Source: Zygnema circumcarinatum SAG 698-1b
Lineage: Eukaryota; Plantae; Zygnematophyceae
Reading direction: 5' to 3'
NCBI GenBank assembly: GCA_037447605.1
Contig: CM074804.1
Coordinates: 4,193,909-4,257,908 of the forward strand
DNA length: 64,000 bases
The notes under the pieces were generated by a model. The model made no database searches. It was not told where the DNA came from and saw nothing but the letters and a program-made list of their open reading frames with translations. Below, in pieces: positions 1-11,775 of the stretch (position 1 is its first letter; the number at the start of each line of letters is the position of its first letter). The translations under genes and the position numbers were made by a program.

Positions 1-372
1 AACCCATAAAACACCATACCCTTCGCGCCAATTAAAGTAGAGAACCTTGAGGAATGGGAGCAGCTCAAAGGAGGAAAGTATGCCTACCGACATGGCAACT
101 ACACGTGGTCCCACGTGGCGACTCCATTTCTTCAACCACTATTACTCTAAACACAAGGCTCATGTCTTGGGAAGTTCCCATATCCCATTTCTCCCCTCCC
201 CCTTCCTCCATCTCCGCTCTAGCCTGCTTCCACTCAACAGTCTCCCACCCATCCTTCCTTTTCCCTTCCCTATTCCCCCCTCTCCCTCCCAAACCCACCT
301 TCGCCACCTCCATTTCCACATCCACGTGCAGAGCTTTAAGTGCAGCAGTTACTTCACGGTCCCAACTCTCAC

Positions 373-2013
373 CTTCCAATCTCCCGTGTGCACAATGGTT
401 CCGTCGTCACATCGCAAAACGAGCCCGCAGCAATCAGGAATGGAGTGAGTGACTCTCATGGGCTCAACTTGGAAGGGTCCCGCCTTGAAGGGAGTGCGCA
501 TTTCAAAGGAGTGGCAGCGGTGGTCGCACGGCACATTGTGCTCCTTCAAGCGCCTCTTGATCAGCTGGAGGAGAAACAGGACCCACATGCCTGTAAATGA
601 AGGAAACTTTGCAGCCACTTATGATGGTGATGATGGTGAAAACAATCAGACTGGCAATGACTGTTGGCAGGCCAAAGAAGTGAGGCGAAGTAAGAGAGGT
701 TAGCTGGGCAATGTGGGAAGAAGGATGCGTGCGATTGAGATAATGAATGACTGAAGAAATGGATTGGATTACTCTTTGCACAACTAGTCTGGACATCAAA
801 CCAACTTGCTCGCCAACGGTAGAAAACGTGACCCCTTAAGATAGTGTGCTGAGAAACGCTAAACTCGGAGTAAGAAGTTATTATCAAGGTTTTCTATGCT
901 GCACGTTGGTTTTTGGGGCATGTCAACGAAAGACCATTAAAAAAAAGCAAGATGTCTTGATTGATGATGACGTTTGCTGATGGAAACAGATGTAAGTCGA
1001 TTGAACAATGTCGACTTTGTCTCACCTCTAGTGTGAATGGTGTTCCAAAAATTGGAGTTGAAGGGTCCAAGGCCGGGACAACCTGTTTCCATGAGCTCAA
1101 ACATCCGGACGGATCAAAAGGAGGGTCAATCGTATCAAACAGTTTAACATTCTCATCATCCCCAGTCAAAAACAGAGAAAGTGAAAAGTCAAACACTCTA
1201 GTAGCTGGATGAGCCACAGAGCTTGATGAAGAGACTGTACTACCGTTCTCCCATGTAAACCTGCAGTGGCATTCAGTGCAGTGCAACCGTACACTGGCGA
1301 TGATGCCAAGGTTAAGATTGACAGACAAGTGCAAAATTAGATACACATGGAAGATTAGGTTTGTACTCACCCATGGAACAGCTCCAATGTGGTCCTCGTG
1401 GCCATGCGTGAATATGACTGCCTCGATCTTATCTCGCCAACGGCGAATGAAGTTGGTGTCTGGTAGAACTCGTTGAATGCCCAGCTCATCATAACTGCAA
1501 GGCAAAGCGATAGGTGATAGAAGAGATTGTCAGCAAATTATGGGCCCGAAGCTGAACTTGTATTTCAAGACTCAAACACTGCTCAGTGGCAAGACATAGA
1601 AAGTAGTTAAATCTTTGAGTGTCCAGAGATGCCATTGAGAGTCTCTGAACTCTGGATCAATATGGCCCTCTCAACCTCTAAATAGACAGCAAGGCTGCTG
1701 TTGAAAAATGAAAAGCTGCGCAAAGGAAAGGAAACACAGGCCGAGGAGGAGTCATTTACGAAGCTGAGTGAATAGACTTACTCTGGAAACATGAGACCCG
1801 CGTCCACCATAATGTAGCGGTCGTAATGGCCAATAAGCATGCAATTCATGCCGATCTCTCCCAATCCCCCTATTGGCAAGATTCTAAGTGGAGGCCCGTC
1901 AAGGCCCTCATGAAAGAGCTGCATTTTGCGCTGCACTTGATCGTCTCTGCTGCTTTTGGGACCCTCACGATTTGACGACCCTCGATTGCGCTGCCCTCCA
2001 GAGGAATTTCCTC
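373..2013 (-). CDS. RNJ: Plastid ribonuclease J (metallo-beta-lactamase/beta-CASP), partial; 3' part lies beyond the left edge
   Basis: GT-AG exons 1782-2013, 1371-1494, 1026-1082 and 373-564 join in frame to ...[109 protein letters not shown]...[28 protein letters not shown]. This has the HxHxDH metal motif and the plant RNase J N-terminal signature. Confidence 0.95.
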
Positions 2014-3459
2014 CTGCAAAGCGTTAGATAGATGGGTTGGCCTTACAGTGTTGAATGGCTGGCTTACTCTGACAGAAAGAAACAATTCAAGTCCATTTGT
2101 ATCCAAAAGTGCAACAATTGATGAGATAACCTCTGCAAACTCTCTTCCCTGTTTTCGTTCTTTAGCGCAAAAGAGCAGGCAAGAACGGGTGACTGAATGA
2201 GTGAGTGAGATACAACTGAGCGAGTGATACTCTGTGAAGTGTCCTCAGTAATGCTTGAATTATTAACGTCCCACTGTGAAAGTTTGGTCCAATTCGGATT
2301 CAGCATACATTGAATTTGATCGCAAAGAAGTCAAGTTACGTGCACTCGACTCCTTTCCTGTCACGCATCTAACTCGCTGCCTTTTGCTATTCTCTCTCTC
2401 CTCTCCCTCTCGCCCCCTCACCCTATCTAGCTATCCAAAAATAACCCTCAGTGTACTGTGCCAGTCCCTTCGTCTGCTCTAAGTTGTGCTGAACCTTACT
2501 CCTAGTTTTGGTGAAGACATGTCTGCTCATCCGTTTCCTCCCATCATATTAACAAACCTACTCTCGTTATTCATCATCCGCCCGGAAACACTTCCCTACA
2601 TCGATACACCTCTACCTTAACACCATCTGATCCCGCACAACATGGCTTATTTCAAGGAATGAAGTTTTAAGTGGAAATTTGCAGATTGGACAGGAGCTTG
2701 AGAAATTAGTTAAATTACTTCTGTACGCAACTGCACATATCTCAGTTCTCTTGGCTCCTACGCTGGCTGAGGGAAACTAGGCTTGCTCAGCCAGAATGGG
2801 TTTTGAGCCAAAACATGATTTATTTGAGAGGAAAAGCTGGAGAATTCGATGTCACTAAATCAAATGTATTTCCATGAAGCATCAGAACCACTTCTCCTTA
2901 CTTTCCTTCGCTTCTCCTCTATGCTTAAAATGCAGAGAACGTAATGTCTGGTTCGGACATTCAAAATTTGAACTTATGTAACCGTTGAAGAGCAAATTGA
3001 ACAGTACTGGGCGTGCATTACTTTTATGTTATGCAATAAAATAAACAACTTCTACTAATTTGGTATGTCAGCGTGCAGCGACACTAGCCAACCAATTATG
3101 ATCTTAGAGGCGGGAAAATAGCCGTAAGAAAGAAAAGAAATAAAATAAACCATCAACCAGAATGCGAGTGCCGTGTGACACCAGGAAGGAAGGGTAAAAA
3201 AAAAAAAAACTGAAGAAAAAGAAAAGCTGAAGTGTCCCTACACCCATCCTTCCCTCCTCTCCCTAATCCCACTCGGGGTTCAGTGCCACCCAGGAAACAT
3301 ACACAACCTTTCTAAAGCCCTGTCGGAAAGTGCTAACCCTAATCCAAACTCTCACTGTGACACCTAAACTGATTTCCGGAATGCCAGCAATTTTCTTTAA
3401 AGCAAGAAGCCGCTGGAACCAAGCTTAAAGAAGAAACATGAGAGGAAGGGTGGGCCTCT

Positions 3460-3700
3460 GACCTGCATGTGACCTTTCCCTCCTTCCAGAAGAATAATTA
3501 GAAGAAGCAGCATACTGCGCCGAAAACCCTCGGTTTCGCTTTCTCCTGAGAGATACGTGAAAAAATATGGAATTCAAAAGGGTCTTCTGCTGACATAATG
3601 AGCTTCCCTCCCCTCTATTCAGAACAATACGACCTTTCAACATCGGGCTATCGCTGAAGGCGAGGCGCCCTCTGTGCACGAGGCCGCCCGGAGAGGCCAT
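3460..3700 (-). CDS. Putative first exon (plastid transit peptide) of RNase J
   Basis: ORF 3425-3700 (MASPGGLVHRGRLAFSDSPMLKGR...SLRRKRNRGFSAQYAASSNYSSGRR) is Ser/Arg-rich and acid-poor like a transit peptide and lies upstream of the RNase J exons. The splice path to exon 1782-2013 was not resolved. Confidence 0.45.
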
Positions 3701-3761
3701 GGCCGCCCGCCTGCCTGCTCGCCCAGCTGCCTGAGTGCCTGCTCAGAGCGAGCGCCGGAGG

Positions 3762-3769
3762 GCGCCAAA
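3762..3769 (-). promoter_or_regulatory. E2F consensus site (TTTGGCGC) in the RNJ/RECQ2 divergent intergenic region
   Basis: GCGCCAAA at 3762-3769 matches TTTSSCGC on the minus strand, about 230 bp upstream of the RecQ ATG. E2F control of DNA replication and repair genes is established; function at this site is inferred. Confidence 0.45.
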
Positions 3770-3998
3770 AAGCGCAGGCACGCCTGTACGGAACGCCCTG
3801 TTTTGTAAGGGCCGTACATAAACGTACGGTACTGTATGGCCAAGGAAGGCGAGGATCAATTGACGATTGGACGCAAAGTTGATCTTAAACCGGAGTGGAG
3901 TTGATTCGTGATGGCGAAAGTGGTGGATGCAAGGGTCAACGTGGTGATGTTTCCGTTTGGTTGATGGGCGGAAAGGACGGACGTGCGTCGCGGCAGCC

Positions 3999-6900
3999 AT
4001 GGCGGGCAGCACGCCCATTGACTTGGACTCGGCCTCTGACGACGAGGGGGATGCAGCCGCTGGAAGGCCTCGGGCCGCCATGGATCCACGCCTGTGTCTG
4101 GAGCTCGAAGATGAGCGGACCGCCCTTCAAGCACGACTTGCAGACATTGCAGGTGCTTCTCGAGACGGTTGCTTAACACATATTTGATCAATTCTTGATT
4201 CGTTTTCCTAGGAGCTGTGTCAATCACTATGAGGATTGCATAAAAATCAGAAATGTCCAGCAAGGAATCATCTACTTTATTTAATTTTAAAGTGTAATAA
4301 AGAAGAGTGATAACGTAGGGATTTGGTATAATGTAGATACCAAACCCTGCATGGAAGGAAAAATCTACTTTCGACGGATATTTTCTGCGTGTTTTTTTTA
4401 GTGAAGGTTTGACAAACAATTCAGTAGCTGCAAAGGACGCTGTGGCGATTAGTTGCCACAAATAGTTATTTTCCTCGTAATTGTTTGCCTGCACGGTGCA
4501 TAGCGAACTGCCTTTATCTGATTCTGCTCCAAAAAATTCAAACAAACGATGTACGAATATCATAAGGTCAGGCAGCTCCTAGAAGGACATTGTGAAGGGA
4601 AAGCTTGTTTTTGGTGAGCCCTGAAAGTATAGCTTTGAGCAAATGTAAGAAGATAGCAGTCAAGACGTAAGAGACAAAAGTTTCTTGGCTTCTAAGCCAA
4701 TTAATTGACGTCACTCAGTGTTCACTGATAAATGCCTCGTTTGAGAATATACGTATTTCCGAGTGTAAACAATGCATGACACGTCATTGCATTCCACACC
4801 TGGTTCTCTGTGTGCTATTTTTTCCATTTTTGTATCGCCGCTGCCCATTTCGCAAACTCATCATGAATCCATACTTCTCGGCAACATGATATCCGCAGGG
4901 AACTACTTTCGCTGCGTCCATTGTCGAGGGCGATATATCTAACCTTTTTCTACAATATTCTGAATGCAGAGGAAATCCAGGCCCTTCTGGGAGAGCAAGA
5001 GATGTTGCAGAATCGAATGACAGAGATTAATTCGCGCCTGTCAACAGTTAAAGAGGCCCCACGAACAGTTAGAGGGAAGGCGACATCTGTGAATGATGCA
5101 CCTGGAAGGTGGCTTGGGCCATTTGAATGGGATGAAAAAGTTGCGGATTTACGTAAAAACCTTTTTGGGCTCAGCTCATTTCGAAAGCATCAACTTGAGG
5201 TATGATGGATGCCTTTCGAGCTTCTTCCTTTCTCTTGCTACCTTGAATTTTTGGCTCCCCCAACACAATTCAGCTCTTTCACTTTCAGGTGGAGATAGAT
5301 GCCTGACTAGACATTCTGACCTCCAATTCTTATCATTGTGGTGTTACTCCGGGATACTACTGTTTCTCTGTGCTCTCTTAATTTAAAAAATTAGCGAGGA
5401 CCCTTACTCACGGAGAAGGGCGAAAGAGGGGCCAACATGTTGTTGGATGTTTGCAGTGGTCTTTATCCGCTCTTTCGTTGTAGCACTATGGTATGGTCCG
5501 TTTATTGCGGAAAGAGAAAACTGTCATTGTTTCCCCTTTCAAAGTAATTCTTCCGCCCCATCTCATAGCTGACGAAAAGCTTCTGCATCTCTCTACATTT
5601 GTGCAGATCATCAACGCAGTGCTTTCCAAGCGAGATGTGTTTGTGATTTTGCCGGCGGGTGGGGGCAAGAGCCTCTGCTACCAGCTGCCTGCAATGGCCA
5701 TGGAGGGCATCGCACTGGTGGTCAGCCCCCTCCTCTCCCTCATCCAAGACCAGGTGCCATGTCACACCCACATTCTCACTCGTTCAGCCACTTGCTCGTA
5801 TGCTTTCTTATTCTCTCCTAGTTTCACAAACATATTTGAACACACTCAAGGCTAGACAGACCATGCATTTATTTATCCTTCTTTTGCCCTAGAAAGGTCG
5901 ATGTGTAGTTCCTATTATCAATACTCTGCAGAAACCCGTCCTTGCTTTCATGCAGGTGCCAGCTTGTTCATTCTCCCTGAGAGGTGCGATGTGGTGCCCT
6001 TACCTCCCTGTAGGTGATGAGTCTGACCACGCTGGGCGTTGCGGCCACAGCCCTGTCCTCCGCCAGCGACAAGGCGGAGGAGAGGGCTGTGTACGCCGCG
6101 CTGGAGGAGGGGAGGGGCGGACTGCGCCTGCTGTACGTCACCCCGGAGAAGGTGGCCAAGAGCAAGCGGCTCATGTCAAAGCTGGAGAAGTGCAATAGGG
6201 CGGGCAGGCTCGCCCTCGTGGCAATAGATGTGCGCCTACCTTCCCATCTCCTCCGTATATGGTTGTTCCTTCTAGAGGCTTGGACATGGATCAAGTGCAT
6301 CTCTATTCCGAAATTCACACTGGTTACTTGAAGGGATCTTGCGAAAGTTGTAAGGATGGACGTGTAGATTTTACCAACTAAGTTCGCAGCTCACGGATCA
6401 CTCGCTCATTATGGAAGTAATCACACGAACCATTGGTGGGTATCTTCGATTGAAATTTTACGGCTCTTCGCCTCGCAGGAGGCGCACTGCTGCAGCCAAT
6501 GGGGGCATGACTTCCGAACGGACTATGCGGCCCTAAGTGTGCTGAAGACGCAGTTTCCGAAAGTCCCCATAGTCGCCCTCACAGTGAGTGCCCCGAAACA
6601 TGCGATCTTCTCCCTCGCACTCTAACATGGCTTCAGATAACAGGAGGCTCGTGCGGCGAATTTACGACTCTGTACTCTGTACTCTGTACTCAGTACGACT
6701 TGAGCATTCAGTCATACATGTACATGCCTTTAACTGGTAGTTGGTAGACTTCTTCTCAATTGTATGTGCCGGAATTGAGGAGGGGTAAGTTCCTTTAAGT
6801 CAGAAAGGGCAAAGGGGGGGAGGGGAGTCAGGCTACCGCCACAGAGCGAGTGCAGACGGACGTGCACGAAATGCTTCACTTGCGGCAGTGCGTCACTTTC

Positions 6901-8806
6901 GTGTCCTCTGTGAACCGACCCAACCTCTACTACGAGGTGAGAAGCACATCTTTGCTGTCCAAAAGCTTGAGCCTCTCATGTCTGCGGATGGCTCGTAATG
7001 CGGCACTTGGCGTTGCAGGTGAGAGGAAAAAAACCGCAAGGAAGTGCGGTTATTGACGATATCGTGAACATGATAAAGGAGAGCTACTCTCCCAACGACT
7101 CGGGCATTGTGTACTGCTATTCAAGGCGGGAGTGTGAACAGGTGCAGAAGGCAATGCCTGTCAAGAAATGAATCTACCTTGTCTCCCTCTTGTCTGAGCC
7201 TCTTCTCTGTGGCAGGAGGGCGAGAAAAGGCCATGGTTCTCCCGTCTTGAATTTACGAAATTTGAGGGCGTGTCGCTTCTCCTGTGGCTGACAGGTGGCA
7301 GGGCAGCTAAAGAAGGGGGGCATTCGGGCGAGCTACTACCATGCTGACATGGATGCCTCGCTACGGACAAAAGTGCATATGAGGTACCCTTATTAATAAT
7401 TCCTACTCTGCATTTTCCAATTATCCAAACAAGAGAAATAGCAGAGTTGCTGATGAAGAGTATTTTTTGGAATGGTGAGGGATTATGCAGTTGGAGCAGA
7501 GGGCAGGTGCAGGTCATTGTTGGAACGGTGAGTTTGAGTAGGATCTCTAAACTTGCGCGTTTGTTCCTGTAGCATGTGAACAAAACTTGTGAAAAATCAT
7601 CGCCAGCTCCATTTTGGTGGCATTCTGGGCTTGTATTCTGTCTGGAGAGGCGCATTGAAAAACAGGAAAATGGGGTGTGGCAGGTTGCCTTTGGGATGGG
7701 CATCAATAAACCGGATGGTATGGCATCTTCCTTCCAAAGACTTTCGCCTTTAGAGTTTCTATAGTTTTGATTCATTTGAACTTTTTATGCTGTCTATACG
7801 GAGTGGAATAGTAGCGTTAGCTCTCCCTTACCATGCCCCGTTTTATCATCCTTATATAAGTAGTCGAATCACTGCTGAGTTATTATTAAACTACTTCTGA
7901 ATTCCATCTCTATTGCCATTTGAATGGAAGCCCTTTCTCAGCCGATCCACTGCGTCTCTCGTGAAGGAAGGGAAGGAAAGCTGGTTGAGCTGACCCCAAT
8001 ATTTTGTTGCCCCCTTTGATGGTTCGAAATCCCTACCATGGACATCATCTCCAGTCCGCTTTGTGATTCACCACTCTTTGAGCAAGTCCATCGAAACATA
8101 TTACCAGGCAAGTCTGATCATGTGCTCGTAAGAAATCCCCAATCACAAGCTCACATCGATCAGCAGAGAGACTAAAGAGCCAAAGTATGTCCTTTAGAGG
8201 TCGCCAAAGTCTTCTGCTGTACGGTGCATCATTACCTTCGTATCACTCGTGAATGCAATGGATAATTTATGTCGACTGCAGTTTTTGTTTTTTTATTTAT
8301 TTCGCAATAACTGCATTTTGCCTGCACTTTGCTGGAAATTTCGTTTGTATGGGCAGAGCAGGAGAGTGGGCGGGCGGGACGTGACGGTCTGCCGGCGCGA
8401 TGTGTTCTCTACTTCCGATGCGGCGATCTTCCCCGGCAGGTGTGCGACTTGTGCAGAAGGAAAATGAGAATGGGAGGAGGGGGGAGGGAGATAAGGGAGG
8501 AGCAGAAGTCAGCACCCACTGTTAGCTGGGGGGAAGGGGAAGGTCAAGTACTCTAAAAGGTTTAAAAGCAGCGTCTGCAGATTCTCTGCGGGTCGGTCCT
8601 TTGCCTCTTGTTCAGTTCAGTTCAGACTCTGCGTTTGTCCGTACTGAGAGCAGTTCCACTCTCCGTTGGCTGGTGGAGGAGAGAGTGCAGAGCAGCATGG
8701 TGTTTTCTGAGGCAGCGGGACTCGTCAACCTCTACTCCATAGCTCGCTTCTGCCTTGTAAGCCGCCTTCTCGTCGAATTTCATCCACTCGCTTATCTGGT
8801 TTTTCG

Positions 8807-8860
<54 letters not shown>

Positions 8861-11670
8861 AGAAAGGGAAATGGAGAAACATAGCAGTGCCTTGAGGGCA
8901 AGTCTATCGGGCTTGAAATCTATCTGCAAACTCAAATTGTAGACACAGGCAATTGGACTTGTGGAGTTTCAGATAGAAATCTTTCCACATTCTGAGCTCT
9001 GTTTGCTGAAGACGAAAGGTTTTGATGTGTGTTCTTTATGAATGCATGTTGCGTGCTTCGCATGTATGTTCTCTTGCAAGGCAGGCGAAGAATGACTGTC
9101 GAAGAGCGGCAATTTTTCGACATTTCGGTGAAGAGCCTGAGGAGTGCAATGGTGGGCATGAAGTTCTCTGCCTTCAAAATGAAATGGCTCACTGCCTGCC
9201 TCCTACTGTGCAAACCAAATGTCGACTAATCCATGCACGAGTCGATGAATTGTGTCCATGTTTCAGTGATCTTGATAGCGTTTGTAACAAGATCACTGGC
9301 TGTATATTTACAAGCTCTGAGGGGCAGACACCATAAATGATTGTGTAAAAACTTCGCAAAACACAGAACTGTGTTCCACTTATAGGTTGACCGACACATG
9401 TGCCATTGTTGGTCATTGCGGTTATCTCTACTCGCCCTCGCCTACCTTTCTTCACTCATTGATCTTGCCTTCGTAACGTGTAAACCATGAAAAAAGTTGC
9501 AGTTGTAGGTCGATAGACGTGGAAGTGTTTTAGACTCGATGTCTGCTATTCCGCTCAGTTGGGACGGACTTGTTGGTAGAAATAAAGCACTGAGATGAGA
9601 GTACACACGTGCAGGAATGTGCGATAACTGCGCGGAGGAGAGGACTGTGACGAGACAAGACCTGACAGGTGATCACCTGCTTCATTATATAAAGAATGAA
9701 AGGTTGCGTGGATGACGGTGTTCACAAAGCTTTTCAATGTGAGGATATTGGAGAAGATCTCGTCACTTTCTGGATATAGAAGGGCTTGTTGGAATGTGGG
9801 TAATGCAAGAAAATTGCGTAATACGCTTAACGTGACGATAGTGACAGTACGAGTGGAAAAGGCCGTGGGCTCGAATGCAGCAATGATGAGGGCTAATAAG
9901 AGCGCTATGCGAGGGAGAAAGAGGAAGCAAGAGAGATAGAGAGAGAGAGAGAAGGGCCGCAGGGGGCGGGTGTTGAGAGAGTCACAGCTGACGTTGTTTT
10001 GAAGAGTTAAGAGTTTTTTGAAAATAAGGGGCCAAAATGGATTGTCTTTTCGCAGAGGAGGCGAAAGCGGTAGTTCGGCTTGTGCAGGAGATGAGAGAAG
10101 CTGACAATCGGGCTACCCTCCTGCAGCTGACAGACTTCTGCAGAAAAGGTATCGACCAAAAAGAGTCAGGTCTGAATTTACTTTGATGGTTTACTTGTCT
10201 TGTCAGTCGGTTGATCATGTAAACTCAAGACCCAGCATGTCCTTCCGTTTCTCTATATTTTTGCTCATAGAAAGCCGAACTCTTCTTCTTTCGTTTGCTG
10301 TGTTCGTTCACAACTTCTCTATGTGTTGGTGCAAAGTCTGTGGTTCAGTCGCTGCCAACTGAGAACGGGCGCAGGTGCCCTCCGCGCTCTGCCAAAGGAT
10401 CAAATCGAGCTGCTCATCGTGCATCTCCTCCTCTCCTCCGTTCTTGTGAGTTCAGATCCGTTCGACCCTGACTCCAAGCAGTAAAGGAAGAAAAAAAACA
10501 AACATTCACGAAGTCGTTTGGTTTTGTCGTCATGGGTTCTTTTGCAAGATCACTCCTTTATTGCAATCTCCAATTGTGAAACTGAATTCGCTGGCTCAGA
10601 AAGAGGAGTTTCTTCATACTGCTTACGCCACAAACGCATACGTGACAATTGGACCCCTCGCCAAACGAGTTGTCGAAGGTAAAGCCTCTTTCCTCTTAAC
10701 CCTTGTTTAAGCCGCCCCCTCTTTCCCCCTTTCCCTCCGGAAGTCAGAATACGACACTTTGACTCTATCTCTCACCTTTATCTCTTCCTCCCGTTTGTTT
10801 ACAGGCACCCAGAAAGTGTCCCTTGAGCTTGAATCCCCCCTCCATGGCGCCACCAAACGGTCCTCTCAGAGGGGCAGAGGGGGGGGGAAGGGAGACCCCC
10901 CCTCGGGCAGCCTCCCGGCCGCCATGGAGGGCGCACTGGAGGAGCTCCGCCGGGAGGTGGCGGGCCGCCATGGAGGGATCTTCCCGCACTCGGTGCTTTC
11001 CTCTCAGCACGTTGCGTCGCTCTGCTTGGAAAGGCCAACCTCCATGGAACAGGTTAGCAGTCAGGAGCAGAGTATGGGTCCATCTTGGCAGCATTGTAAA
11101 GTGGTTGGAGATCTATTCATGGTTGTTGTGACTGGTGTTAGTGTGGTCAGAGATTACGTGCTAATGTTAGGGTGATTCTGTGTTCTCTGTGTGGGGATTG
11201 TCGAACAGATTGGCGAGATTGTGGGGAAAAGGAGAGCGGAGCAATACGGGGAGAAGATTCTTGCAGCAATTCTAGGGGTTTTGAATGGCTGTGGGGTTGA
11301 AGACGGAGCTGCAGGAGAGGGGTGGGCGATTCCTAAGGACGGGAGGAAGGGCCTTCAAGGGCAGACACAACAGGAGGGGAGAGAGAGGGAGATGCTTCTG
11401 AAGGAGGACAAAGCTGTAGAGGCAGGGAAGAGGAAGAGGGAGCATGCAGACAGAGGGAGAGAGGGAGCTAAGGCTAGTGGGAAGAGGGAGAAGGTTGCAG
11501 GCCGTGGGAGAGGTGAAGGCCAGGTAGAGGTCGCTGAGGATGGAGACTCTTTGAAGGATGGTGTGAATGCTGATGATGATTCTGACTTTGATGTCAAGAA
11601 CAGGATCCAAAAGGAAGGGCCAGGGTCAGGGTCAGGGTTAGAGTTACGATTAGGGTTAGGGTTAGGGTAG
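3999..11670 (+). CDS. RECQ2: ATP-dependent DNA helicase RecQ, plant RECQ2 (human RECQL/RECQ1-like) type; about 20 exons
   Basis: Exons encode [140 protein letters not shown], a Zn-binding CRR...C.GMCDNC segment, winged helix [14 protein letters not shown] and [14 protein letters not shown]. Stop TAG at 11668-11670. Confidence 0.95.
8810..8850 (+). repeat. (GA)n microsatellite in a RECQ2 intron
   Basis: About 20 perfect GA units followed by a poly-G run. Confidence 0.95.
11621..11670 (+). repeat. Degenerate telomere-like hexamer tract (T/C)AGGGT x8 forming the RECQ2 3' coding end
   Basis: cagggt cagggt cagggt tagagt tacgat tagggt tagggt tagggt ag; translates to [15 protein letters not shown]-stop. 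Confidence 0.8.
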
Positions 11671-11721
11671 GGTTGTCGCGTCGAGCATGTAATGGACGGA
11701 TTGTGGATGGCACTTTCCAAA

Positions 11722-11775
11722 CATGGCAGCATGGCAGCATGGCAGCATGGCAGCATGGCAGCATGGCAGCATGGC
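11722..11775 (+). repeat. Perfect 8-bp tandem repeat (CATGGCAG) x6.75
   Basis: Read directly, starting about 50 bp after the RECQ2 stop codon. Confidence 0.95.

Noticed and set aside
3856-4563. 235-aa minus-strand ORF
   Set aside because: Antisense to RECQ2 exon 1 and intron 1, with no family features.
8018-8045. GGTTCGAAATCC, similar to a tRNA T-loop
   Set aside because: No cloverleaf, D-arm or acceptor stem; lies in a RECQ2 intron.
11668-11680. TAGGGTTGTC as a hAT terminus overlapping the RECQ2 stop
   Set aside because: No matching inverted end was found downstream.
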